64,000 bases of DNA from a virus. The position numbers and the translations under genes are program-made. Shown here piece after piece: positions 50,930 through 63,062 of the stretch. Positions within the stretch are counted from its first letter, which is position 1, and every line of letters begins with the position of its first letter. The notes under the pieces were generated by a model. That model was given only the letters and a program-made list of their open reading frames with translations, was not told where the DNA came from and did not search any database. The DNA lies in the IMG/VR virus record IMGVR_UViG_3300050343_000177, positions 16,432 to 80,431 of that record; one strand, given 5' to 3'.

Positions 50930-52350
50930 TGGAAACTAAAGCAGATACAAACAATTTAATAGCAAGAACGGGTAGGGTCCAAGGTTGGATTGATAATCCC
51001 GAAAGTCGCTTACCCGTGAGCTGCACGGTGATTAATGTTCAAGACTCAATGGATTATGGCCAAGACTCAATCGAAGCAAGCTGGCGATTTGTTTCGCACG
51101 CTCTACGCTACGGAGCAGGAGTTGCTGTACATTTATCCGATGTTAGGCCAAGCGGAACAGAGAATGGTAAAGGCTTGGTTGCCTCGGGTCCTGTCTCATT
51201 TGGAAAAATCTACAGCTGCTTAAATGAACAACTCCGCAGAGGTGGCGTGTACAAGAACGGAGCTGTGGTTCTTCATCTTGATATTTCTCATGGTGACATA
51301 CTTGAGTTTGTTACAACACCTCGACATGAGCTTCCATGGGCCAAGCGTTGCGTCAATCTGACGACTGCTCTTTGGAATGAATCTACGGATGATGTCAAAA
51401 ACGAGATACTAAAAGGCATTGCTCGTGGTGACATTTGGCTTGCCAAGATTCGCTATGACCAACACGGTAAGCGTATCTTCGCAAATGTTTGCCTTGAAGT
51501 CTTTCTTAAGTCACGGGGCACTTGCTTGCTACAACATCTGAACCTAGGCGCTTGTCGTATTGAAGATATCTCTACCGCATTCGCTGTTGGTATGAGTGAG
51601 CTGATTGAGCTTCACGGTAAGACTGGTGTTGAAAAGACTGGCGAATATTTGATTCAAGAAGCAGACCGTCAAGTAGGTCTTGGTCTGTTGGGTCTAGCCA
51701 ATCTTCTTGCCCTAGAAGAGGTGACTTATGCCGAGTTTGCTGATGCACTTGAGGAGTTACCTCAAGCGACTCCTAAGGCTACTAAAATCGTAGCAGCACT
51801 AAGCGCAGGTTTCTCTGTTGCTGCATCACTTGCACGCTCTGCCAATATGGACAGGGCATTTGCAATTGCACCAACTGCTTCCTGTTCTTACCGTTATACA
51901 GACCGAGCAGGCTATACCACAGCCCCCGAGATTGCACCGCCAATCGGGCGCACCGTGGATAGGGACAGTTCTACATTTGGCGTTCAACAGTTTGATTACG
52001 GCAACGTAGAAACTGCAGATCAGGTCGGTTGGGATAACTACTTCCGTGTAGTTAATGGCATCGTTCAAATGATGCACGACACCGGCCTCAGCCATGGCTA
52101 TTCATTCAATAGCTGGTCAGACGTTGTTCAATACGATGAGGACTTTATTCAGTCTTGGTTAGCTTCACCGCAGACCTCACTGTATTACAGCCTTCAAGTT
52201 AATCAGAACACGCAGGCCAAAGATGATGCCATGGTTGCTTTAGACGATCAGTTCAACTTTGACTTCTCTGATATTTTTGAAGATCATGATACTGACGCTA
52301 ATTACGACTTATTTAATGACCCCACTACATGTGTGGGTTGTGCAGAGTAA
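50926..52350 (+). CDS. nrdA: Ribonucleotide reductase alpha subunit (short cyanophage type)
   Basis: PVSC, NVCLE, IAPTAS, TSLYY, C-terminal CVGC. Confidence 0.9.
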   Translation: MMETKADTNNLIARTGRVQGWIDNPESRLPVSCTVINVQDSMDYGQDSIEASWRFVSHALRYGAGVAVHLSDVRPSGTENGKGLVASGPVSFGKIYSCLNEQLRRGGVYKNGAVVLHLDISHGDILEFVTTPRHELPWAKRCVNLTTALWNESTDDVKNEILKGIARGDIWLAKIRYDQHGKRIFANVCLEVFLKSRGTCLLQHLNLGACRIEDISTAFAVGMSELIELHGKTGVEKTGEYLIQEADRQVGLGLLGLANLLALEEVTYAEFADALEELPQATPKATKIVAALSAGFSVAASLARSANMDRAFAIAPTASCSYRYTDRAGYTTAPEIAPPIGRTVDRDSSTFGVQQFDYGNVETADQVGWDNYFRVVNGIVQMMHDTGLSHGYSFNSWSDVVQYDEDFIQSWLASPQTSLYYSLQVNQNTQAKDDAMVALDDQFNFDFSDIFEDHDTDANYDLFNDPTTCVGCAE

Positions 52351-52368
52351 ACCCTACAACATATTCAA

Positions 52369-53112
52369 ATGACCAAAGCAGCAACTAAATACATTCACCT
52401 CCATCAGCGCAAGCGTACCTGGACACCAGTTCAAGTCTCTGCTGGTCAGCTGTTGGCTGGTGGCGAAGAAGCAGTGCAACGTGCTCTTGCTCTTCGTAGC
52501 CTTGAGATTCCCGTAGGTGACTTTATTGCTGAAGCAATGAAGGGTGATCTACCTCAGGGTATTGAGGCCGAAGGATGCAGAGAGCTGCTGCTTTCTAATG
52601 TAAAAGATGAAGAGAAACATGACCTCGCACTTAATTTCGCGGCTGAAGCACATCAGATCCCCGTTAAATTTGAGAAAGAAGCTGCGAGGATTACTAAAGC
52701 GTGGCTCGAACTCGACAGGCACCCAGTCCTCAAGGCAGTTGTCCTCGAACGGTCTGTGTTCTTCGTGCTCCTGCCCATATTCCGATTCCTTGGAGATACC
52801 GGACTTAGAACCACTTCTGCAGACATTAGCCGAGACGAAACAACCCACGTCGCTGCCAACACAATCGTCTGCCAAGAGCTCGGTCTTAAGACTGACAAAG
52901 AACTCAATAAACTTAGAAGAGCTACGGTCGCTTGGGTGCTTCAATCCCTCCAAGGGGAAGCAGATCATAAACATCTCTCGTCAAACTTCTGGTTGGGATG
53001 TTCGGATAGTCTTTACACCACCGGTAAGGCGTTAGGTCTATCTGACACTAGAGCTAGCAGGATGCCTGCATTTTTCGAGACTGCAAACCAAAATCTTCCA
53101 CAATATGCTTAA
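52369..53112 (+). CDS. nrdB: Ribonucleotide reductase beta subunit (short ferritin-like)
   Basis: DEEKH and DETTH metal motifs, adjacent to alpha. Confidence 0.85.
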   Translation: MTKAATKYIHLHQRKRTWTPVQVSAGQLLAGGEEAVQRALALRSLEIPVGDFIAEAMKGDLPQGIEAEGCRELLLSNVKDEEKHDLALNFAAEAHQIPVKFEKEAARITKAWLELDRHPVLKAVVLERSVFFVLLPIFRFLGDTGLRTTSADISRDETTHVAANTIVCQELGLKTDKELNKLRRATVAWVLQSLQGEADHKHLSSNFWLGCSDSLYTTGKALGLSDTRASRMPAFFETANQNLPQYA

Positions 53113-53291
53113 ATACTTTCGCAATATACGTCTAATTGCTTTTATATACTCTTTAGTTATGCTTGCGTGCATTGAATCTGTAGGAGTATTTTCTCAAGGT
53201 GATGTTGAATTAGAGGAAGACAGAAGAGATATCTATGCTTCTGTTCTGCTTGCAACTCTTTCATCGTTCATAACTGAAAAATCTATAACTA

Positions 53292-54205
53292 ATGCTTGAC
53301 TTTACAAAGAAAGAACAGTCAAAAATACAAGTCCATACAACTGGAGTTGATCCAGATAACTTTGACCATAAAGGTCTGCCTACTGACATTCATCTTGTCA
53401 AGTATCAGCTAAATAATGGCATCATATATGACGCTGTTCGTGGCTATACTAAGGTTGATATCTTTGATGCTTACCACGATAAACTCAAGCCACAAAAAGG
53501 AAAGGTCTTAGATATCAGATCGGGCTATGGGAATGTTCGCCCAAACTTATATGGCAAAATTAAAACAACTGAGGAAGAATGACACATAAATACGGATCAA
53601 AAGAGTTTTACGCAGAGCAGTTTGCAGATTTTATTGCAGATTGCCAGCATGACTCACCAGAATATAGTGACAATCTAGTTGCAGGCTTTCTGCTTGCAAT
53701 AGATGACTGGCGAAAGTATCACGTTAAGCAAATACTTGAACTAGACAGAGTTGAATATAACTTCCATGACCAAAGCAGAGTACAAACAGAAACTCCTTGA
53801 CTACATTGATAAGCAGTTAGATAAACTAACTGTTAAACAAATACGAGTACTTATTGCAAGTTACGTTTTAAAAACATAATGAAGATTTACGAATTCGAAG
53901 GTAATACTCTGTCTTGTTCTTTTGAGTATCACCGAACTAAAGAAGGTCCCAATCGATTCATCACTTATTACAAGAACTCTTCACGATTGTTTTACGATAT
54001 AGGTGAAGGTTGGAAAGATGCTTGGAGAGTTATGGGTGTATCTAAATTCACTGCTACTTCTCAAGACATTAAAGCGTGGTGTCTATCAATGCATGATCAA
54101 TTTGGCGATCAGCCTAAAGAAACTCAAGGTCATGTTGATACATCATTTGCTTCTGAAGTTCAGTCAGAATCTGACCCTACTGCTGATACCAAAATGATCA
54201 CATGA
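53292..54205 (+). CDS. Small hypothetical genes (53292, 53579, 53879)
   Basis: Packed ORFs of 73-108 aa. Confidence 0.5.
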
Positions 54206-54395
54206 ATCGCTTGCAGAAACTACAAGAGTGCTTGGCCATAGCACAGAAACACAAGAATCCTGATATGGAAGCTAACATTAAGCTTGCTATTGAAGAAGAA
54301 CGTAAGAATCCTTGCGATGATGTCTATCCTGACCCCACAGATGATTGACTTAGCTCTTACACTGAGAACGGCGAACAAAATAAAGCTAACTCAGA

Positions 54396-55056
54396 ATGAA
54401 TTTTATAGCAGCTACCGTTGAACTCAAAGACTTCATCGGTGATCCAATCAAAGCTTATGGGCTTGACTATTGCGGTGCTAACGCTGTCGTGCCCTCTAAT
54501 GGTCCTGCAAGCGAGGTTAGATTTAGAGTCCTCTGCTACGACAGACAAGGTCCTAAACTTCAGAACTTCCTTGACTGGAAACCAGGCACACGTGCATTGA
54601 TAACAGGCAACATTGTTTTCTCTGATGACACATCTAAGCCACTTGACTTAATCGTTACAACGATTGAACAGAACATTCCTAAGGATATGTACTGTAATCA
54701 AGTTGTGCTTGGCAATGCTTTCTTTGGATCTGATGAAGTTAAAGAACGTAAGAACGGAATGGTTGCCACTAAGATTGGCACCACTCTCGATAACCAAGAT
54801 GTAACCACCTGGCTATTCCTTGAACTCCATGAACAACGTAAAAATAAACTCACTGACAGACTCCGCAAAGGACGTGCTATCTGCGTCCAAGGATATCTCC
54901 GTGAATATCGCAAGGACGACGGTGACAGCCCTTATCGGGCTCTCGTCGCAAACGACTTCACTACTCGAAAAGAGCTCGCAAAAACTAACGGAGGTCGCAC
55001 GCAAACGGGACAGGGCAGCGGGATACTCGGAGACGGACCCAACGCCGGACTACTAG
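54396..55056 (+). CDS. ssb: Single-stranded DNA-binding protein-like, tandem OB folds (3' frameshift)
   Basis: LRKGRAICVQGYLREY motif; acidic tail ETDPTPDY in the shifted frame. Confidence 0.6.
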
Positions 55057-55366
55057 TCGTTTATGGATATTGAAGATAACTATCCTGATTGGTAACTCTA
55101 TGGATGATCTTAAACATGCTTATGATCTTAATGATCATGAGCGTTATTAAACCAGACTGCTGAACTTCGCACTGAAGCAAAGGAAGCTGGTTGCTATAAA
55201 GAGCTAATGGCTATACGTAAGTCAATGATTCTTATTTAGAAAGCGCAAGATCAACATTAAAGTAAATACCCCAAATGGTCTCGCGAGGCCTTTTTTAATG
55301 TCAAAAATTTTACCCCACATATTATGATTTAGTTCTTATATTTGTATTGTCAACAAAATAATAAAC

Positions 55367-56106
55367 ATGACATTACAAGTTATTCCTCCAGAACTTCTGG
55401 AAGTAAAAGACAAGATTGAAACGAAAGAAGCACAGCCGTATTGGAAACCTAGCTCACTTAAAGATGGAGAATCAGAAGAATTTAGATTGCTTGGATGCTA
55501 CGAAACAGGCCACGCCTGTCATGGTTGGCAGTACGCTTCAGAAATTCAAGATCCGAAGACCGGTGACCTCCGCTTTAATGGTTACGTCGTTACTAGGACT
55601 CACCCTGGTAGCCCTGCTGACATTGCCCGTGAGACCGACTGGTCCAAAGCAGACCGTCCCAAAATCGACGGAACCTACGTCAAGCCTCGTCGTTTCCTTG
55701 CATGGGTTGCTACCTCAGCAGCACGTGGTCGGTTAGAAGTTCTGTTCATTGAGCAGAAATCTATTCGTGAACAACTGACTGAAGTGCTTCAAGAAGTTGA
55801 AGACTACACCTGGACTGAAGAAGGTCTCGCAAACTTCTCAATCAAGATCTCTAAGAAAGGTGCTGGTCTAGATACTCGCTACACGATCATGCCTAAGGTT
55901 CGCCCTGTACCTGACAAGATCAAAAAGCAATGGGCATCTGAAAAGATTCCATCTGGTTGCCTAATTATTTTGAAGGTAAAGATCCATTCGATGGTAAACA
56001 AGTAGAAGAGAAAGGACTACCAGCTGGTGGTACCGATAAGCGTGGTGCTCATGTAGAGCCCACTAAGGCTAAGAAAAAAGTTGAAGATACTAACGAGGAA
56101 TTCTGA
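55367..56106 (+). CDS. Putative ssDNA-binding / recombination protein (3' frameshift)
   Basis: LKDGESEEFRLL...IKISKKGAGLDTRYTIMP pattern; acidic end. Confidence 0.55.
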
Positions 56107-56477
56107 TGACAAATATTAATACCGAAGGTCTACCTGTTGAAATGCAGCAACGCATTGCAGAGATTATTGAGAAGGCTAAATCAAATGCGATTCAGCCAGT
56201 GACACAACAAGCACCTGCGGCTCCAGCTGCAGCTCCTGCTCCCATTCAACGTCCACCTTCACTGATGGATCACATCATTGCTTTGCGTGGTGAAGTAGCT
56301 GATTTACGTCAAGAGAATCTCGATCTACGCCAACAAGTTCACGCTACTGCACAAGTAACGGAGGCGGTTGGTCAAGCAGTCGGTCAAATGTATGCGATGT
56401 TTCAACAGCAAACCGAGCCTTCAAGTTACAGCGCAGGCTTCGAAGCGGCGCAACCGTCGCAGATAGATGACTTCTAA
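56106..56477 (+). CDS. Coiled-coil hypothetical protein
   Basis: 123 aa ORF. Confidence 0.55.
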   Translation: MTNINTEGLPVEMQQRIAEIIEKAKSNAIQPVTQQAPAAPAAAPAPIQRPPSLMDHIIALRGEVADLRQENLDLRQQVHATAQVTEAVGQAVGQMYAMFQQQTEPSSYSAGFEAAQPSQIDDF

Positions 56478-56750
56478 GGCATACTATCAGAGAAATAAAG
56501 CTGAAATTATTGCTAAAAATACTGCAAGAAATAAGCTAACTGTTCAGATGAGAAGAGACCTTCTTTCTGACTTTTCGTGTAAAGCTTGCAGTAATCAGAC
56601 CCTTCTGTAATTCAGTGGCATCATGTTGACCCAGAGAGCAAAGAATTTGAATTGTTTGCTTGGCCTGTTGAACGCTTGGTGGGATGAAGTACTTAAATGT
56701 GTCCCACTCTGTGCCAATTGCCATGTAAAAATTCACAAAGAACTATTATG
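56467..56750 (+). CDS. Small HNH endonuclease (frameshifted)
   Basis: Fragments SCKAC...QWHHVDPESKEF...KCVPLCANCHVKIH. Confidence 0.6.
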
Positions 56751-57521
56751 TCTACTACCGATCCACCTATAAAAGATAAGCCTTATCGTATACAAACGAA
56801 CGCAGGCCACCGTAAATACCTGTGTTCCGGTCTTTATATGCCAAGCGTTACAACCGTTCTTTCGGGTACTGAAACTGAAAAGTCTAAAGCCGGTCTCCGC
56901 AACTGGAACATCAATAATCCAGGTAAGCTGGAGGAAGCTGGCAAGCGTGGTCTGCTATTCACCTTGGTTGTGAAAACTACTTACGTGGTTTAGATCCAGG
57001 TGTACCTGATGAGTACCAAGACTTTTGGAAAGGTATGAGCTCTTACCTTGACTGGTTCGATGTCCTTCATTGGAGTGAACGACCATTAAGAAAAGATTGG
57101 TATCACCTACGCTCTGACGATAAGGAAGTAGCTTATGTCTGGTCAACAAAACATTTATATGCAGGCTGTCCAGACTTAATTGGTGAGATCGGCGGTGTCA
57201 AAGTCATCGCTGACTTTAAGACAAGCAATGGTCCATACATGAATCGGTTTCCCGACAAGGGAGACAAGATGGGCTTCGGTGGCTTTCGTAAATATCACCA
57301 AGACCGCTCAACAAATGGCTGCCTATCGGCTCGCTCTTGAAGAACGTACTGGTTATAAGTGTGACGTAGCTTTGATTATTGTTTCCACACCGGAAACATC
57401 ACAAGCTATATTTATCGACGGTGATCAAATGGATCTAGCAGAATCTAGATTCGTTAACCGGTGCGCTCAATTCCATGAGATGTATCCACCTGATCCTGAC
57501 GAGATTGCGTTAAAAGAATAA
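56748..57521 (+). CDS. PD-(D/E)XK exonuclease (frameshifted)
   Basis: MPSVTTVLS, YAGCPDL, IADFKTS, QMAAY. Confidence 0.85.
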
Positions 57522-57527
57522 TGGTAA

Positions 57528-59755
57528 ATGAAACTCAAATTATCGGTTCACAAAAGTTGTAAGAATAAAGCCAATCCTCAAAAGGTTGCCCGTGGTTGGA
57601 GCAATATCTATGAGGATATTACTTGGCTACTTGGTTGGGTGCAGCATGGCTACGGCTGGACTGCTACTCACTTCATCGACAAGCACCGCAAAGCTGAGAA
57701 TGCTTGCGGCAGTAACCTCGTTGTCATCGACTTCGATGGTGATACCACTCTTGATAAGTTTTGGGATACTCAGACTGCTAAAGATTGGTGCATTGCTACC
57801 TATACATCTTCAAGTCATTCACTTGCTGAGCACAGGTTCCGTGCTCTTTTCCCTCTTGGCAAAGATCTAGAGACTTCAGCAGAGCATCGCGGTGCTTACT
57901 GGCTTGTGGTCAATCGTTTATTACAAGAGCTTGGTCTTACTGAGCTTAAAGATAACTGTGGCCAGAAGAACGAACGCTTGTGGTATGGCAATACCAAAGC
58001 TGAAGTACGCCTCAATGAGGATGCATTCGTTCCTGACTTTTCTGCTCACTGATATTGACTATAGGAAACAACGAACTATGTGCACTCTGATACGACTGAC
58101 ATAGATGTCAGACGCTGTCAGTGGCTCCTGCGTGAGTTCCTAGAGCCGTCTGATGACGGTGAGTATGAGTCTTACTTCGTCCCTGTCATGGCTGCCTGCG
58201 CTGGCGTTGGCCATGTCCTGTTTGATGACTGGGTTGACTGGGTATTACGTGGTCATCACGGTGAGAAGCCTGAGAACTCACAGCCATTTAAGTGGCACGG
58301 TCTTGGTAACTTTGCTGGTCATACTTCACTGTATGCATTAGCCAAGAAACAGGATCGTGGCTGGACACTTAAGCTCCCACGTGACTTAGTCTTTGGAGCT
58401 GTTGGATCTGCTGTTGGTTATACCGAAGTAGACCCACAACCTGATTTTGCTGACGTTATACTTGCAGCGGGTAAAGATAATAAACCGGAGAAAAATATGC
58501 TTGAACCAGAACCGTTACCTGATGTATCGGTTGCAAAAACTAGAGGTCGTCCTAAGAAGTCTGCATCTGATGCAGCTAAGGAACGTGAAGAAGATGTCCG
58601 TCAAGTTAAAGAGATCCTCAAAGATCTACGTAAGAATGAACTGACTGGAGCGATTGAATATACAGACAGCACTGGTCGCACTATCTCATTGCAAGGTAAT
58701 GACCTTGACTTGATGACGACCAAGCTTGCTTGTGAGTATGGTGTGTTCATTGTTGAGCCTCGGATAAAATCTGCGATTCAATATGCAGCAGTAAGAATTC
58801 TTACTGTCCGATCCGTCGTTACCTCGATCACTGCAGTGCTCACGCTAAGCCTCACGAGGCGTGGGATCGTATCGGTGAAGTCTTCCTAGGTAATAAGCAC
58901 AACATCGCCACACTCGCCATGCAGCGCATGATGATTGGTGCAGTAGCTCGTGCCTATAACCCTGGCTGCTCGATGTCCTGGCTACCGATCCTGGTCGGTG
59001 CACAAGGCGTTGGTAAGTCGATGTTCGCTCGCAATCTTGTTCCACCTGCTTTGTTCTCTGAGGTAACTACACCTCTAGATACATTGATGAAAGAACAGTA
59101 TCGATTGCACGTTGCATGGCTGCTTGAGTTACCTGAGATTGATAACTACTTCAACATCAGGAACATTGAGAACTTTAAGAACCTTATTACCACTCGTGCT
59201 GATGAAGTTCGCAGACCATATGCTAGTCTTCCAGAGCGACTATTCCGTCGCTTTGTATTGATTGGTACGACCAATCGCAACCAGTTCCTTGTAGATAGCA
59301 CTGGCAACAGACGCTTTGTACCACTAGAAATTGGTGGTGGCTTCCAAATTCCATGGAAGCAATTGGTTGATGAGCGTGATTCACTATGGGCGGCAGCCGT
59401 TGAGGCTTATCGCAGTGGTGTGGGATATGAATTCAATAGCGGTGAGATCGCTGCTATCTCTGAATACATTCAAGAGTTTGGTGACCCTGATCCTTGGATG
59501 GAGAAGGTCTCGCACTATGTCTCTATCAAGCCAGAGGTCACAGCTGCTGAGGTTCTAACCAATGCACTGGAGCTAGATCCACGTAACCAAGGCAGACGTG
59601 AAGCACGTCGTGTCGCTGATGTCCTGCAATCACTGGGCTGGAGACGACTCGTCACCTCCCGTAAAGATGCAAACGGTAAGTCAAAGTCAGTTCGTATCTG
59701 GCAGCGACCTAAGAATGATCCTCTTCAAGACAACCATTATCTTAATGACTTCTAG
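57528..59755 (+). CDS. Primase-helicase (prim-pol, PriCT-2-like, VirE/VapE helicase), frameshifted
   Basis: VVIDFD, YTSSSH...RFRALFP; GAQGVGKS, ELPEID, IGTTN...DSTGNRRF. Confidence 0.88.
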
Positions 59756-59793
59756 ATAGTCATTGTTCATAAGTTCAATCGTATATATTTCAA

Positions 59794-60030
59794 ATGAATC
59801 CTTCAGATATTTCCATCGGTCTCCGTGTGCGTGTTGCATCTAACGATATGACTGCACTCATTGTCGGTAAGCCTGAGTACTACACCCCCAGAGCTAAGCT
59901 TGTTCGTATAAAGTATGAAAATAGCACACGTTATGAGTACATGATTACGAATCAACTTACAGCATTGCCAGCTGATGAACAGTATGTAGCTCTTGGCGGT
60001 AGTTATGTAAGACCTGAAAATAGTTTTTGA
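59794..60030 (+). CDS. Small SH3/KOW-like hypothetical protein
   Basis: ISIGLRVRV...VRIKY. Confidence 0.5.
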   Translation: MNPSDISIGLRVRVASNDMTALIVGKPEYYTPRAKLVRIKYENSTRYEYMITNQLTALPADEQYVALGGSYVRPENSF

Positions 60031-60836
60031 TTATGAGTGAAGCACAACCGTCCCGCAAAGTTGGAGGTCACGCCTATGGTAGACGACATCAAACAATGTC
60101 TAACACTGCTGAAGAAGGTGAACTCTGTATCTATACTGGTCATTCGCTCGGCAGATTCTCTTCGCATTCGATGCGATATGACAGTCATCAAGCTTGCGTT
60201 CGCTGTGTTGCTGCTGCACGTGAAGGTCGATTGTCTTTTGATATTGACCGTTTACTAAAACGTGAACGTAAACGTGCTCTTAAATTCTGGTCTCAAGTAG
60301 ATATCGGTGACCCTGATGAATGCTGGATGTGGAATGGCACAATTAATAGCCGCACTAAACAACCTCAATTTTCGTGGAGACGTCATGGTATTTCTAGTTC
60401 CACGCAGCACCATCCTCAACGTGTTGCAATGTGGTTTAGCTGGGGGGACTTGGGATTCACAGGAGTTAAAACAACTTGTGGAGAAAAGTATTGCTGTAAT
60501 CCCTTCCACCTCATCCCCCAAAGAGTGGGAGTCTTTGTTGACCAAGATAGTTACATCGAATCTTTTGAGTTAGCTTGTCAACTTCATACACTTAAGCAAC
60601 AAGTAGCTGAGTATATGATTGAAGAAGCTCTTAAAGAGCAAGCACGTATGGATGAATCTGAAGAGATTGATGCTCGTGCTGACTTACTACTCAATCCTGA
60701 TACTGGTTTTGCTGAACGCTTTGATGCAGTCATGACTGACATGCTTGCCGGTCGTCACATAAGTCAGACAGAACCACTAGACCCTGGTCTACTTCGTAAG
60801 CCTTCTGACAATGAAGAAACAAACGAAGAATTCTAA
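60027..60836 (+). CDS. HNH / His-Me finger-like protein, possibly inactive
   Basis: FWSQVD...ECWMWNG...CGEKYCCNPFHL. Confidence 0.65.
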   Translation: MIMSEAQPSRKVGGHAYGRRHQTMSNTAEEGELCIYTGHSLGRFSSHSMRYDSHQACVRCVAAAREGRLSFDIDRLLKRERKRALKFWSQVDIGDPDECWMWNGTINSRTKQPQFSWRRHGISSSTQHHPQRVAMWFSWGDLGFTGVKTTCGEKYCCNPFHLIPQRVGVFVDQDSYIESFELACQLHTLKQQVAEYMIEEALKEQARMDESEEIDARADLLLNPDTGFAERFDAVMTDMLAGRHISQTEPLDPGLLRKPSDNEETNEEF

Positions 60837-60887
60837 CCTCACATTAACGATTAAAAACACTTATCTTAAACAAAGAGTCATTCAATT

Positions 60888-61310
60888 ATGTCTAGACGCA
60901 CAGATCTACTTCAAGCTCTCGTTCAATCCGACAAGTTCGGTGAAGAGAAAAAGCAGGAGCAGCAATTCCTTATTGCTACTGCTGAGTTAATCCTTTATGA
61001 CCTAGTAAACATTGCAATTGCTGGTGTCGAAAGAAGCGGTGCTGGTTCACTTGTTATCAATTTACAAAACGACTCCACGACATTTATGTCTGGTCACTCA
61101 ATTGAATTTGATATTAGAACTGCTGAACGCGAAGAAGATACTGAGATCCTTGAGTTCCTACGTGGACTGATGGAAGAGATAGACGAAAATGACTGGAGCA
61201 AAAATGTTTTAATTACGTTGATTAGTGATGCTGGAACAAGAACATTTGCTGTCGAAGCAGGAGGGAGCCAAGAAAGCCTCCGAGCGCTTGCAGCAGAATT
61301 TAGCGGATAA
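60888..61310 (+). CDS. Hypothetical protein
   Basis: 140 aa ORF. Confidence 0.6.
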   Translation: MSRRTDLLQALVQSDKFGEEKKQEQQFLIATAELILYDLVNIAIAGVERSGAGSLVINLQNDSTTFMSGHSIEFDIRTAEREEDTEILEFLRGLMEEIDENDWSKNVLITLISDAGTRTFAVEAGGSQESLRALAAEFSG

Positions 61311-61896
61311 GCTCAAGTCTCAAGGTCTTAAGCTACCTCTCTATCCGACACCTCAAATCATTGAGCGTGCTCGTGAAGTCATGGGTGGCATTGACTTTGA
61401 TCCGACTTCAGATCCTGTACAACAGGTGCTTGTTAGTGCAACGTCTGTTCCATCTATAGAAATCAATCCGCTACAAGAGCACTGGCATGGCAACGTATGG
61501 GTCTCTCCTAAAGGTGCTGTTCGTAACTCACGCATTTGGTTTAACAAGACAATCAATGAGTACCGCAATGGTCACATCAATAGCTTTGTCTTCTTTACCA
61601 GTGCATCTGAATTAGTGCGTGCATCGCCTGTCATCTGGGACTACCCCGTTTGCATACCGTTTAAACGTATTAAACAACTCAAAGCAACCACTGGTGGCTT
61701 TGAACCTGTCTGTCCTTCTACCTGGAATGCCATTGTCTATGGTCCTCCACTAGAACAAGTCATATCATCTATTGATAAAGTCTCCCTGTTTTACAACAGC
61801 TTTCGTGACATTGGCCGGATCATCTACAACGAATTTGCTGGAGATGGTTGGAGTAAAGATCTTGAGTACTATGACGAACAACGAGGACAACTGTGA
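61225..61896 (+). CDS. Phage N6-adenine methyltransferase-like protein, degenerate catalytic motif
   Basis: TPQIIERAREVMGGIDFDPTS...WHGNVWVSPKG where NPPY/F is expected. Confidence 0.65.
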   Translation: MMLEQEHLLSKQEGAKKASERLQQNLADKLKSQGLKLPLYPTPQIIERAREVMGGIDFDPTSDPVQQVLVSATSVPSIEINPLQEHWHGNVWVSPKGAVRNSRIWFNKTINEYRNGHINSFVFFTSASELVRASPVIWDYPVCIPFKRIKQLKATTGGFEPVCPSTWNAIVYGPPLEQVISSIDKVSLFYNSFRDIGRIIYNEFAGDGWSKDLEYYDEQRGQL

Positions 61897-62311
61897 TGAG
61901 TAAGCATATTGATAAAAACTTTCTTTACTCATTACCATCTGGTGCTTCTATTCATCCTTGTCGTTTGATCCACAAAGACGGAACACTAATGTGGAAACAT
62001 GCTTTGCTGTCTCAAGATAATGTTCCTAACCTTCCTGTGACTGAAGGTCACGAGCAGCACATAATAAAAACTGCTCAACGCTTAGAAGAGTTGAACAGCT
62101 GGTGCTCGCAAGAGTTAGAACCTTGGCAATGCTTTTTCTGATATACGCATGGTATTCACCTGAAGATGCAGAGCTCACAGAAGGTATTAATGTTTACTTC
62201 ACTCACGCTATCTACAAAAATGCAGACGTATTCCAAACGCTACTGCCACACATTCAAGATCATGAGACATTAGAGCTTCGCGATAATCTTCTATTCTTCA
62301 AGCGGTGTTAA
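61893..62311 (+). CDS. Hypothetical protein (frameshifted)
   Basis: ORFs 61893..62141 and 62102..62311 join. Confidence 0.5.
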
Positions 62312-62478
62312 TCCTGCTGCATGATTTGGATAGCATTCAAGGTAGGCATCCATTGGTATGACTATGTAGTCAGCGGTCATACGCTGATCTAAGTAATCAA
62401 CTGTCATCCAGCCAGGCTGTGACTCCACAGCACCTGTGATTGTATATCCCGCAAGGATGCTACAAAAAATAAGTGGTG

Positions 62479-63012
62479 TCATTTTGTTTCCTCCAAATGT
62501 TTAATCAAACGATTTAAATACCAACTGCACTTAGCCGCATCCTGTGGTGCATTACCTTTTAGCCATAAGCGAAGCAGATACTTTAGTGCCTGTGCTTGAA
62601 GCATCCCTGCTTTTACATCAGGTGCATCTTGAATCGCTTCCTCAATGGTATCGATTGCTTCCTGCTTACCACGTGTGTAATGTGATGGACTATTAACAAT
62701 ATCGTTCTGTGCTTCAGGATGATAGAAGTTCCCGTCGTTATCTACTGGTCCTACATAACGATCTTGTACAAACCGATTAATGTCTTCTCTAATAGAACGC
62801 ACACGATCAACTGCTTCATTGATTGGTGTATCTTCACCACCGTCATAACCTTGAACAATCTTTAACCAACGCTTACCGTCTTTAAGATCTTCCTTGCTAT
62901 ATGAAGATAGATTTGGTAAATCGTTATTCAAATATTCCCAACCTTTGTCACTGTTCCATTCTTCGAATGCTTCATACTCTTTTTTAAACTTGTCATAATC
63001 CATGTATCGCAC
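62479..63012 (-). CDS. DUF3310-domain protein
   Basis: DIVNSPSHYT..KQEAIDTI...KYLLR...KCSWYLNRL. Confidence 0.8.
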   Translation of the reverse strand: MRYMDYDKFKKEYEAFEEWNSDKGWEYLNNDLPNLSSYSKEDLKDGKRWLKIVQGYDGGEDTPINEAVDRVRSIREDINRFVQDRYVGPVDNDGNFYHPEAQNDIVNSPSHYTRGKQEAIDTIEEAIQDAPDVKAGMLQAQALKYLLRLWLKGNAPQDAAKCSWYLNRLIKHLEETK

Positions 63013-63062
63013 TCTTGTGTTTCACTACCTAATATAGAAGAGAATAATTAATAGCGAGAGAT

